56,547 nt of DNA from Andalucia godoyi And28 (lineage: Eukaryota; Protista; Jakobida): contig VRVR01000024.1 in assembly GCA_009859145.1 (NCBI GenBank), forward strand, positions 1 to 56,547, read 5' to 3'. A program made the position numbers and the translations under genes. The stretch's first letter is position 1. Each line of letters starts with the position of its first letter. The notes beneath the pieces were generated by a model. That model was not told the origin of the DNA. It did not search any database and saw nothing but the letters and a program-made list of their open reading frames with translations. Positions 37,781 through 47,450 of this stretch are shown here, one piece after another.

Positions 37781-38698
37781 ATGGGAAGTGCAGCAGAGCA
37801 TTGGGTGATTGCGGACATCATCACCGCTGTTGCATTTGCGATTCTCTCCGTGTTTTCTGCGTATTACCTGGTCTCTCTTCGCTACTACATTGGTGCACAA
37901 CATTGGTACACTTTGCGCGCGCGCATCACGCTATGGATTACAATCTCCTCGGTACTTTCTGTAATTGACAATACGATCAAGGCTGCTGCTTTCGACTTCG
38001 ATGTGCTCCACCGCGTCTTTGAAATGCTGTCTGTCATTGCGGTGTTTGAGACATACATTACTCTCGTGTCATACTGGGCACTTGTGTACCATAAGACGTA
38101 TCGACCGGGTCCAGCGCAGGAGCTCAAGGACCGAATTCTCAAGTGGCACGTTGCGATCCTTGTGCTCGTCAGCTTGGCGACGGGCATTCTGTACATCCTG
38201 TTCATCGCAGAAGTGCTGAGTGCTCTTGTATTCTACGCAGCTGCCTTGTCCGCGGCTGCAGTGTTCGTTTGGATGCTCAGTCTGTGCTTTTTCGTGTACG
38301 GAAGACTGATTAATCGAACTATCCGCGAATCCTTTGCCGTCCTCAGCAGCATGGGAACCAGGGTGTCGAGAGCATCGGAAGATGCCTTTCGACGGATTGA
38401 CAGGGTCACAACGTTCTGCATCGCGTTCTTTGCGGTCTCGGCGGTAGTATTCATGTCGTTTGCTCTTATGTACTTGTTCCACGTGTTTGAATCGCTCTTA
38501 TTCGTCATGTACATCGTATACAAGGTTGTCTTGACGATGTTTCCGCTCAGCGTCCTCCAACGCTTCTTCTGGCAACCTCGCATTGTCTTGAAGAGGCAAA
38601 AAATTGGCATGCCGTCCGAAGCAACCAACTCCCTCATCAAACCAATGAACGACTTCCCCCGATATGCTTCGCCATCACAGCAGCGGTACCTAGCATAG
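37781..38698 (+). CDS. Multi-pass (about 7 TM) membrane protein, possibly TOM1/THH1 (GPR137)-like
   Basis: About seven hydrophobic segments; SYWALVYH and FFVYGRLI resemble the TOM1/GPR137 pattern. ATG 37781 preferred over 37625. Confidence 0.6.
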   Translation: MGSAAEHWVIADIITAVAFAILSVFSAYYLVSLRYYIGAQHWYTLRARITLWITISSVLSVIDNTIKAAAFDFDVLHRVFEMLSVIAVFETYITLVSYWALVYHKTYRPGPAQELKDRILKWHVAILVLVSLATGILYILFIAEVLSALVFYAAALSAAAVFVWMLSLCFFVYGRLINRTIRESFAVLSSMGTRVSRASEDAFRRIDRVTTFCIAFFAVSAVVFMSFALMYLFHVFESLLFVMYIVYKVVLTMFPLSVLQRFFWQPRIVLKRQKIGMPSEATNSLIKPMNDFPRYASPSQQRYLA

Positions 38699-39042
38699 AA
38701 GAATAATCATGGATACCTGTAAGATTATCGAATTCCAATAGTTCTTCTTCCCCCCCGTCCTTTATCCCGTTCTCTGCCTGCTGCTCGCCCCACTGTCCTG
38801 CTACGTGCTGGTCCACGTTCATGAATGCACCCGCAGAACACATGTCAATCTTTATGTATGGTTAAGAAAAGGTGGGCGGCGGGGGGGGATCGGTGAAATA
38901 TGATGGATGCCCCCTAATGCGCAATCGCATTAAAACATGAATGATAAAAATAATAAAAAGCAGTTGTCGCTGTTATACAAGAACTGACAACACCCAAATC
39001 CGAAATCAAAACCAAGGAAAACAGAAGTTGACAGCGGGGTCT

Positions 39043-41472
39043 TCAGCAGTGACTTCTGCGGAAGCTGTCGACAGCTTCTTTTTCCTTGATTCCGATTGTC
39101 AGGAGCGCGTCTTCTACGTCTTCTATTGAAGCCAACTCTGCCCGGATAGTTTCTGCAGCAGCCTCGCCGTTGCCCTTCTCCAAAAGGCCAAACACAGATC
39201 TCCAGAGATCCCTTCTCCAGTACCGTTTGAAAGGTTTACGCGACGCTTCCTCATGAGGCATGTACTCGCCTTGAAGCATAAAGTAAATGCATGCAAGGAT
39301 TCCGTAATAGTCTCCTTCAAACACCCATTCCGCATCGTCGATTTCGAATCCTTCTGCCCAAGGACATCCGCGAAACCGCGTACCATTCTCGTACAGTGGA
39401 ATCGGAATCGCGTTTCCAAAGTCGACGAGCAGCAAAGAGTTTCCCTCGGTTTTCAAATCTGCTTGGGCGCCCTTCTTTTGCCGCGGCTTTCCTCGGAAAA
39501 TAATGATGTTATCCGGCTTCACGTCATTGTGAATAACACCGCATTTGTGCAAGTACAGCACCTCACGGATCAACAATAACGAATAGTACATGCACACCAG
39601 CTCATCAACACGATCTCCTGCAACACGATACGCATTGACAACATCCTGGAGGGAATAGTCCCCACGAGGCATGATGAGAACCCCTTGGTCAAGGTTCAGC
39701 CGGACAAACTTGCCCTTCTGCAGCAAATGACGGTAGCACAAGTATTCCAGCGCTGCTCGTTCGGGGTGCGTCACCTTGGCACATTCGCTCGCATTTCGCG
39801 AATTCTCCAGCACCGATCCAAACTCCCCGGATCCCAGGAGCTCTCCTGCATCAAAGTTGAGAGTCAGCGTGCTGTGAACATTCGGGGATGTTGCCTCCAC
39901 AATCTTGACGGCGAGCGCCATCACCTGCTGTCTGTGTGACTGCGAATACGCATCCGCCGAGCACTTCAATCGAGGAAACTCCGGCCAAGGACGCATTGAA
40001 ATCGTCATTGTTTCTTCTTTGAAATCCTGGTATACCTCAAATCCCCCGGAAGCACAGGAAGCAGAGGAAGCAGAAGAGGAGGAGGAAGAAGTAGAAGAAA
40101 AACCGATTGCAGGAGCAGCAATAGGCGTCTGATAAATAGAAGGACGCAGCGAGATCGTCTCGTCTTCAAAAATTTCAAACTGCGAAATATTCGAAACAGA
40201 TGACATTGCGACGGGCTTCACCGGCGACTCGTCCAGCAGAGGGGACGAAAACATGTCCATGACCTCTCGCATTGCAGCCTTCGTGCACACTGTCGGAGAC
40301 TCTTGAAACAGAGATTTCTGAGACATGTTCAGCATCGGGCGGATTGCAATCGCAGACGCTGGCGTGGATACGGCTCTCTGCGCTGACGCATACAGCGGCG
40401 TCGAAGCAACTTTTGGCATTGGCGAAACAGGCGCAACGGAGTACTTTCGGGCTCGATGCATTTCAAAGCATGTTTCGCCGCCGCTTCGTGAGTCCCGCAA
40501 CAGGTTTGGATCGTATCCTGTCTTTTCTGCAACTTTCGTCTGCTGCTGTGATAGTTGGCCATCATTGAACACAGCGAACTGCGGCTGAGATGACGCGGGG
40601 TTCATTGGCTTCATTGCTCCGATCGGACGATTCCATCCATCCGCCACTGGAGCATTTTCCTTGGAGACGACTGGCTCGGCGTGAAACACCGAAGTTGTGA
40701 GCGGTCGTCTGTGCGCATCCGCCACTTTCGCAGTACTCGTAGCCGCCTGGAACATCGGGCGGTGCTCCGGACGCGCGCCCTCCGAACCATCCAAATCCGT
40801 TCCAAATCTGCGCTCCATCAACGGTGCTTGCCCTTGCCTGGCAGCCTGTGTCGTCCGGAGAGAGACTGCGTGGTTTGAATTCGACGGCACGGGGTGTTTC
40901 ACTTTGAACTCCTCGAATGCTTTTCTGAGAGACGTTACGGGATGTGCCATGCATTCAAGTCCAAGACTTAGGATGTCCTGCGCATCAACGCACTGCCCAT
41001 GCCACTCCAAATGCTCAGCATACCTCAGATACAGCAGCGCATGTTCCGTCCCAATTTCTTTGCCAAGCAGATACTGATACACAGGGAACGGATCCGTGCA
41101 GAGATCCGCATACTCGATCCAGATCTTCAGCAGCCGAATGTCATGCCGGCACACTTGGATCTTCTCAAGCTCTTTTCCACACCGAAGCAACAGCGGCTTC
41201 AGCTGCTTTGATGGATCAGAAACCGTCCTTTGGCGCACATGAGAGATGTACGCGACCCACACTCCAAGCGGGTCCTCAAGGTCTTCCGTCTGAAGTATCG
41301 ATTCAAACTCTGCTTCCGTCTGCGACATCATTCCACCGTCACACAGCTGAGACTGGCCATGAGACTGAGACAGCGGCGTGAGGGGAATCGACTTGAGCGC
41401 AGACACAGATCGGCCCGATTTCAAAGGCAGAATGTTCTCTTTTGACCCCTCAATCTCTGCAAAAGACGCCAT
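39043..41472 (-). CDS. BUB1: Bub1/BubR1 (MadBub) spindle-checkpoint kinase
   Basis: N-terminal KEN box (SKENILPLKSGR); TPR domain EDPLGVW...RLLKIWIEYAD...IGTEHALLY; CD1-like SPTVCTKAAMREVMDMF; ABBA-like FAVFND and FEIFEDE; kinase HNDVKPDN, DFG, DYYG, KRYW. ATG at 41472. Confidence 0.92.
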   Translation of the reverse strand: MASFAEIEGSKENILPLKSGRSVSALKSIPLTPLSQSHGQSQLCDGGMMSQTEAEFESILQTEDLEDPLGVWVAYISHVRQRTVSDPSKQLKPLLLRCGKELEKIQVCRHDIRLLKIWIEYADLCTDPFPVYQYLLGKEIGTEHALLYLRYAEHLEWHGQCVDAQDILSLGLECMAHPVTSLRKAFEEFKVKHPVPSNSNHAVSLRTTQAARQGQAPLMERRFGTDLDGSEGARPEHRPMFQAATSTAKVADAHRRPLTTSVFHAEPVVSKENAPVADGWNRPIGAMKPMNPASSQPQFAVFNDGQLSQQQTKVAEKTGYDPNLLRDSRSGGETCFEMHRARKYSVAPVSPMPKVASTPLYASAQRAVSTPASAIAIRPMLNMSQKSLFQESPTVCTKAAMREVMDMFSSPLLDESPVKPVAMSSVSNISQFEIFEDETISLRPSIYQTPIAAPAIGFSSTSSSSSSASSASCASGGFEVYQDFKEETMTISMRPWPEFPRLKCSADAYSQSHRQQVMALAVKIVEATSPNVHSTLTLNFDAGELLGSGEFGSVLENSRNASECAKVTHPERAALEYLCYRHLLQKGKFVRLNLDQGVLIMPRGDYSLQDVVNAYRVAGDRVDELVCMYYSLLLIREVLYLHKCGVIHNDVKPDNIIIFRGKPRQKKGAQADLKTEGNSLLLVDFGNAIPIPLYENGTRFRGCPWAEGFEIDDAEWVFEGDYYGILACIYFMLQGEYMPHEEASRKPFKRYWRRDLWRSVFGLLEKGNGEAAAETIRAELASIEDVEDALLTIGIKEKEAVDSFRRSHC

Positions 41473-41875
41473 TCTCTTTGCAAATGTTCTCAACAATTAA
41501 TTATTTTGTGGTGTTTTTTTTAATTTAAAAAAAAATAATTGGAAAAAGGAATTTGAAAAAATAATAATAATAATAAGATGAAAAACAATACTCTTTGATA
41601 AAAAAATTAGTGTTTTGAAAACGTCGGATTCACTAAATATCCTTTCCTTTTCTTTGAAATTTAACGGTACGCCGGGCCTCAAGTGAAAAAATGAGTGCGC
41701 GGCATCTACAGGCAGTTTTTCAGTGCAGCGCATTATTCAAACACGAAATCTCTTTCGAAAGTCTCTTCGATTTTTTATAATTATACATTTTTCTTCTTCT
41801 TCTCCGTACTACCGATATAATGTTTTTGTTTTATTTTAGTGACTATCAGTGGGACGGTGTGTATATCGGTGAAAG

Positions 41876-43741
41876 ATGAACTCTGCGATTTTTTCGGATC
41901 CTGATTTTGACGTTGAAAAGTACACACGAGCGGTGTTCCGGTCAAACACGATCTCTCATGTGCAAAGTCTACGGTCGAACTTGGACTCGCAGCTGTCTGC
42001 ATCTGCGTCTCAGTTGCAGCAGTGCGTGTTTGCGAATTATTCCGTGTTTATTGCAACATCGAATGAGATGTCGAATATGGAGTCGGATTTGGCGAGTATT
42101 GAAGGGAAATTAAACGAAATGTACAACTTGCTTGTGCCGTTGAAGCTGGAGGAAGTGCAGACAGAGCATGAGCATGAGCCTGATCTGCTGTCGGCGGAGG
42201 AGCAGGACGAAGAGTCAGAGGATGATATTTCGGACTTGTTTGACATTGCGCTCTCAAGAAGAGACTTTGAGCAGTGCGTGGAGTTTGTCGAGGAAGGACT
42301 GTCTGATAGGAAGATGGAGCAGGTGACGTCGGTCATGCTGGATGAGCTGAAGCTGTCCGGTTCGTCCAGGCTCGTTTCGCTGCTCACAAAGTGCGGAAAG
42401 CGAAACGAGGCTCGAGACGCATTCTTGGAGTCAAAGGCAGACTGGTTTAACATCGAGGTTTCCAGAATCAAGTTTTCTGGTGATGCATGCTCGTTTGCTG
42501 AAGAACTGTCATTCCTGTGCTTCTCTGCAATTCGGAGTACGTGCAATGACTACTTTGACTTGTTTACAGAGGCGTCCGATTCGTCCTTCTTGGTTGCATG
42601 GGCCTCCGAGCTTGTCACGCAGTTTACATCGCTGATGAACGGGCAGGTCTTCGCGACCGCGGACTTTGGATCGCTCGCAAAATGCGTGGCTATTGCGCAT
42701 GAGGAGTGCAAGACACTCACGCGAAAGGGAATTTCCTTGACATTTCACCTTGGAAAGCTGTTCCATCCGTTCGTCGAGGAGCGAATCAAGATCCACATGC
42801 AGGAACTTGCAGCGAAGTTGGTCAAGACGTGCGCGGTCGAGCAGTGGGCGGCCAAGCAGATGGTCATCAACGATGGTGCTGCACAGCAAAGAGTGCTTCG
42901 TGGCAGCTCAACAAACCTGAGTGCGGACGAAGCATCGGATTTGGATTCTACCTTGGAGTACCGAACACATATCGTCCATTTGACCGACTCGGGCACTTGG
43001 CTGTACTCCGTCATGAATGACCTTGTGATGCAGATGCGAAGACTCACCTTTGACTTGTATGGGATGGTGGTCGAAGGTATCATCAACTTGCTGCGTGTGT
43101 ACTTCACTACGCAGCTGAACACACGGATCGTTCCGAATGGGGTCCGCGATAAGCAAGCCGTTGCGATCATTGCCACCGCAGTCGCCGTCATGAATGACCT
43201 TGTTCCCAGAATCGAGCGGCAAGTGAACACCAGGATTGGCTCGCATCTGGGCCCGGTTGTGGACAATCTTGCCATTCAATTTGTGAACACCCGTGCACAA
43301 ATGATTCTGAAAGAGAAACTTGCAGCACCGACGACGAACCCAGAGAGCAGCAGCAGTTCTGCGGCGGACGCCGCGAAGGAGAAGGCAAAGGTTGCAAAAA
43401 CGCAAGCAGATGCTGGTGCCGATCACGGAGAAGAGGACCATCCGAAGCCATTGAGACCTCCTTTGGAGCCGTACGTCCAGCTGCTTAATTACCTCGCAAA
43501 GCTTGGAGAGCTCGTTGCTTCGGTGCTCCCCGACGACTTTGCTGCTTCTATTATGCGGTCCCTTGCAGATGCCATTTGGGAGGGTTTGCCATCGGGGACT
43601 GCAGAGCCGGATGCCGAGTTTGTTCGATGCATTTTGGGTGTGGACGGCGATATTGACGATGACTTGGTGCACCCCAGCTGTCAACTGGAAGCCCTGGAGC
43701 CCGCCTACCTCTCTCTCAAGCGGCTACTGGTCCGGTACTAG
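41876..43741 (+). CDS. EXO84: Exocyst component Exo84/EXOC8-like
   Basis: Vps51-like N-terminus FSDPDFDVEKY...LQQCVFANYSVFIATSNEMSNME; Exo84 C-domain DLFDIALSRRDFEQCV; FSAIRSTCNDY...LVAWA. Confidence 0.8.
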   Translation: MNSAIFSDPDFDVEKYTRAVFRSNTISHVQSLRSNLDSQLSASASQLQQCVFANYSVFIATSNEMSNMESDLASIEGKLNEMYNLLVPLKLEEVQTEHEHEPDLLSAEEQDEESEDDISDLFDIALSRRDFEQCVEFVEEGLSDRKMEQVTSVMLDELKLSGSSRLVSLLTKCGKRNEARDAFLESKADWFNIEVSRIKFSGDACSFAEELSFLCFSAIRSTCNDYFDLFTEASDSSFLVAWASELVTQFTSLMNGQVFATADFGSLAKCVAIAHEECKTLTRKGISLTFHLGKLFHPFVEERIKIHMQELAAKLVKTCAVEQWAAKQMVINDGAAQQRVLRGSSTNLSADEASDLDSTLEYRTHIVHLTDSGTWLYSVMNDLVMQMRRLTFDLYGMVVEGIINLLRVYFTTQLNTRIVPNGVRDKQAVAIIATAVAVMNDLVPRIERQVNTRIGSHLGPVVDNLAIQFVNTRAQMILKEKLAAPTTNPESSSSSAADAAKEKAKVAKTQADAGADHGEEDHPKPLRPPLEPYVQLLNYLAKLGELVASVLPDDFAASIMRSLADAIWEGLPSGTAEPDAEFVRCILGVDGDIDDDLVHPSCQLEALEPAYLSLKRLLVRY

Positions 43742-43940
43742 AGATTGCCTATTGGTACCGGGAGGACTGTACAGACTATGCTTTCGGCGGGCGATGATGA
43801 TCCTCATTCGCAGTGATGGTGACGATGCTGGTGATGGTGATGGTGGAGGTTTAAAGTGATCGATTTTTGTACCGGATCTCATTTTAATGAGCATACATCA
43901 AAACAAGGCATTCGAAGCCTCAAAACGTGCAAACCCCGGG

Positions 43941-45443
43941 CTAGTTCGCAGTGATTTCCCATTCCGTTGCAGAAACGCGCCGAACTTTGCGACCATTCAG
44001 ATTGTAGCTGACGGACCCGTTTGCTGCAATATCCCCGAGAAGCAGATGCACGCCCATTTCATCCGCGAACTCCGGCTCTGCAAAGAGCTGCGATGCGGTT
44101 CCTTTGGCATGGGACATTTCCCTTATCTTGGCCTCCAACTTGAGAGACATGACATTCATGGCATCGGCAGCCTTCTTTCCGTCTTCGACACCGGGCTGAT
44201 CATACGCATTAACATCCCAGAAGCCTGCAAGGAACGTTACAACGCGTTCTTCCAGGGCAATCAGCATTCCCATTGCAAATGCATCGAGTTTTTGCACTGA
44301 CTGACTGAGAAACTTGCGATTGTTCTTCACCAGTGCATTCTGCGTCCCACGAACAAAGGCAAGAAGCTGTCGACCCATGCTTCCGGCTCGCGGATTCTCA
44401 TAGTCAACATTTCGCTCGCGAACATGGATGAATCGAACGAACGCATCATCAATCCCCTTTTGAACCTGCTGCATGAAGGCGTGCTGCTCACCGGTGCCGA
44501 CACCACCGAACACCGTCTGTCCGAACTGCGATGGCTCGCTCTTTCCGAGCGACTCCATGTACAGCTGCTGAAGATAGTGAGCATACTCGGAGAGCGCATC
44601 GCAGTACGAGAGTACAATCATGTTCTTGTGGTCGGGTTTGAACGACTGCACCGCAAGCGCCATGATCATTGCAGGATTCTCAAGAACATTCGGTCTCCTG
44701 GTCAGCTGATCCATGTGTGACGCCCCCTTCATGAACGCCTCGAAATCTGCTCCAGCAAACGCAAACGGAACCATCGCAATCGCAGACCACACAGACGTCC
44801 GGCCCCCGGTCTCCTGGTTCATCGAAAATACCCCGTTAAACTGTGCCGCATACTCCGAGCTCCCCGCAAGCTTGTCCAGCATCGAGCCCTTGATGGTAAT
44901 CGCCATGTTCTTGCATCCAGGGTACGTCTTCAAAAACGCCTCCATGTTTCCACGGGTCTCTGCCGTCGACCCAGACTTTGACATGTGGACCATCAGCATG
45001 CGCTCGGGCTTGTGGCCCTGCGTCACTTCTGCAAATGTTCGCGGATCCGTGTTTGCAAGAAACTTGAATTTGGGATTCAGTTTGCGCAGCGCAACAAGCA
45101 GCATAAGCGGTCCAAGATACGACCCTCCAATCCCGTTGAAAATCACGACGTCAAACCTCGCTTCCCAGTCCAGAGCGTCCACAACCTGCTTGATCTGCGC
45201 CCACTGCTGCAGCGAATGGTCCAAAGACTTTCCCTTCACACACTCCGAGACATGCCTCAGGTTGTAATGATCCACTGCACGTCCCTCAGATCCGTTCACC
45301 GTCTCCCCGGACTCCACACGAGACGCAATCTTGAGCGCTTTTCCCACCAAAACCTCGTTTCCAGCAGACGAAACCGACTGCACAAAGCTCGAGTAGTCAA
45401 GCTCAAATCCCGTCGCTTCATCGAAAAATACAGACACCGTCAT
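43941..45443 (-). CDS. GPI: Glucose-6-phosphate isomerase of non-canonical (cyanobacterial/plastid-like) type
   Basis: GIGGSYLGP; SKSGSTAET; GGRTSVWS; YLQQLYMESLGK; GTGEQHAFMQQ; NAYDQPGVEDGKK. ATG at 45443; the upstream part of the ORF is T-rich UTR. Confidence 0.92.
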   Translation of the reverse strand: MTVSVFFDEATGFELDYSSFVQSVSSAGNEVLVGKALKIASRVESGETVNGSEGRAVDHYNLRHVSECVKGKSLDHSLQQWAQIKQVVDALDWEARFDVVIFNGIGGSYLGPLMLLVALRKLNPKFKFLANTDPRTFAEVTQGHKPERMLMVHMSKSGSTAETRGNMEAFLKTYPGCKNMAITIKGSMLDKLAGSSEYAAQFNGVFSMNQETGGRTSVWSAIAMVPFAFAGADFEAFMKGASHMDQLTRRPNVLENPAMIMALAVQSFKPDHKNMIVLSYCDALSEYAHYLQQLYMESLGKSEPSQFGQTVFGGVGTGEQHAFMQQVQKGIDDAFVRFIHVRERNVDYENPRAGSMGRQLLAFVRGTQNALVKNNRKFLSQSVQKLDAFAMGMLIALEERVVTFLAGFWDVNAYDQPGVEDGKKAADAMNVMSLKLEAKIREMSHAKGTASQLFAEPEFADEMGVHLLLGDIAANGSVSYNLNGRKVRRVSATEWEITAN

Positions 45444-46073
45444 CTTTTCAATCTTCACTCTCCCCCTCTTCTCTTCGCTCCCAAAACTCGCAAACGCCGC
45501 CAAAAAACAAAAACAAAAAAATGGAAAGAAGAAAACATTCACTATAGACAAACAGGCAACAAACATTAATTATTTACTCAATATTTTCTTACAGTGAAAT
45601 AAGCTGACGCATGGAACTTGAAGTTTGAGTGCAAACTCGAAGTTTTGTTACAGCAGGTGAAGCTTTTTGGCGTCTACGCCTAGATACATGAAATTTGGTC
45701 TTGCATCGAAAGTGAGTGCCAATCCGGTTCAGTGAGAGACGGTTTTGCTTATGTGCGCACAACGACGGATCAACGGTCACACCGCACACACCACGAGGAA
45801 CGACGAGGATCGGAAAAGGAGGGCAATGAACGTTTACTGTGCTTAAATAATAATAATTAATTAATTAAAAAAAGGAAATGTACATTGCATATCTATTGCC
45901 GATCTATACATCCAAAAGCAACATCGCCCGCCACCGCTACTGCTACCACTCATTTTTCTTCTTCATCTGTTTCAGTACGTGAAAGAATGAAAAAGAAAGA
46001 GAAGGGAAGGGGTAGGGATAGGGTGAGAATACCGGTAAGAACGTACGCTGTGACTTTTTTTTTAAAAACCGCG

Positions 46074-47027
46074 TTATGCTTGGCGATGGCCGTATTGATG
46101 ATGGTGGTCGTCGTCGTTGTTGTCGTCATCGGCGTCGTCGTTGTCATCAATGTAGCCACCAGGTCCGTCAGCAAATGCGCCTGCGCCAAGGACCATATTT
46201 GCAAACTCGACAGCTTCTTCATATCGGTCAAACAAGAACGGCGATCCGTCGTCCAGATCGATCTTGTACTTGAGCTGCACAAGCCCCGACGCAGGATCCC
46301 GCACGGGCACAGCATCAATCGGCAGGATCGACGCCGCGAGGTCCTCGTACGTCCCAAACGACTCGTCCATACCGCCGTCGTTTGCAGACTGCGCATAGAA
46401 CCCCTCGGCATTTCCATCGTGGTTCGAGCCCGGTGCGATTGCGTGGTACGGGTGCGATTGCGATTGCGGATACGGGTACGGGTACGGGTACAGATTCATC
46501 ATACTCGAGATTGGATACTCGTTCGACTGGTTTGAAATCATCGACAGTGCCGGAGATGACGACGACGACGATGACGACGACGCCGAGTCTGGCGTGCTTC
46601 CCGAGTTAGGGTTGCCGAATGCCCAGTAATGCGAGGATGACGACGCAGTGAACTGCTCAGGAAGATTCACGGCTTGTGAATTAGAAATGGGAACAGTGAC
46701 CGAAACCGGCGAGAATGGCTTTGCCGCCGGATTCAAGCCCATCTTGAACCGTGACTTCTTCTTGTCCTGTTCACCGTCCACACCTGACTCACTCCCCACT
46801 GCCTGTGGCGCAGTCGCAGTCGCAGTCGCAGTTGTCGAAGAAGAAGAGGAAGAGGAAGAAAGAGAGGCAGGAGACTTTGTGTTAAACGTCGAATGGATGT
46901 ATTCACAGGACGGATTCATACACTGTAAATCCGCTTCACACACTTCGTACAAGGTCTTCTTCTTCTGCACAGCCGATGATGACGAGGCGGGTGGCGAAGA
47001 GCCCTTGCTCTGACGATTGCGATTCAT
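46074..47027 (-). CDS. Putative poly(A)/PABP-associated protein: CCCH zinc finger + PAM2 motif + small C-terminal domain
   Basis: C-x5-C-x4-C-x3-H (CEADLQCMNPSCEYIH); PAM2-like MGLNPAAKPFSP; Ser-rich and YP-rich low-complexity segments. Confidence 0.65.
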   Translation of the reverse strand: MNRNRQSKGSSPPASSSSAVQKKKTLYEVCEADLQCMNPSCEYIHSTFNTKSPASLSSSSSSSSTTATATATAPQAVGSESGVDGEQDKKKSRFKMGLNPAAKPFSPVSVTVPISNSQAVNLPEQFTASSSSHYWAFGNPNSGSTPDSASSSSSSSSSPALSMISNQSNEYPISSMMNLYPYPYPYPQSQSHPYHAIAPGSNHDGNAEGFYAQSANDGGMDESFGTYEDLAASILPIDAVPVRDPASGLVQLKYKIDLDDGSPFLFDRYEEAVEFANMVLGAGAFADGPGGYIDDNDDADDDNNDDDHHHQYGHRQA

Positions 47028-47450
47028 GAACGATCACGTAATACCCCCTGTCTCTCTACCTATATTGCGCGTAATATTCACCTCTTATATCGCTTTGGAA
47101 TTATTATTATTATTACTACTACTACTATTATTATCTTCTCCATCGTCTTCTTCTTCTTTGGGAGCCTTATCAAAATTCGTAAATTACAGAAAGATGAATC
47201 AACTGTGAACGCAACTGGAAATCAGCATCAAGGGAGACTTGGAGGAATTATTATTATTTTCGGTAGTCTCAAGCGCACCGTTAAAGTGCGACATATGGCA
47301 ACGACAGAATGGACTTCTGCATAACAAAAAAGATAACGAAACATAGCAAAGAGATTTATTCTATTTGTTTTTTTAATCCCTCTTTCCAGCCAAAAAAGAA
47401 GAAGAAGAAGAAGAAGAAGAAAGAAAAAAACGACCTTCATTGAAAAGAAA

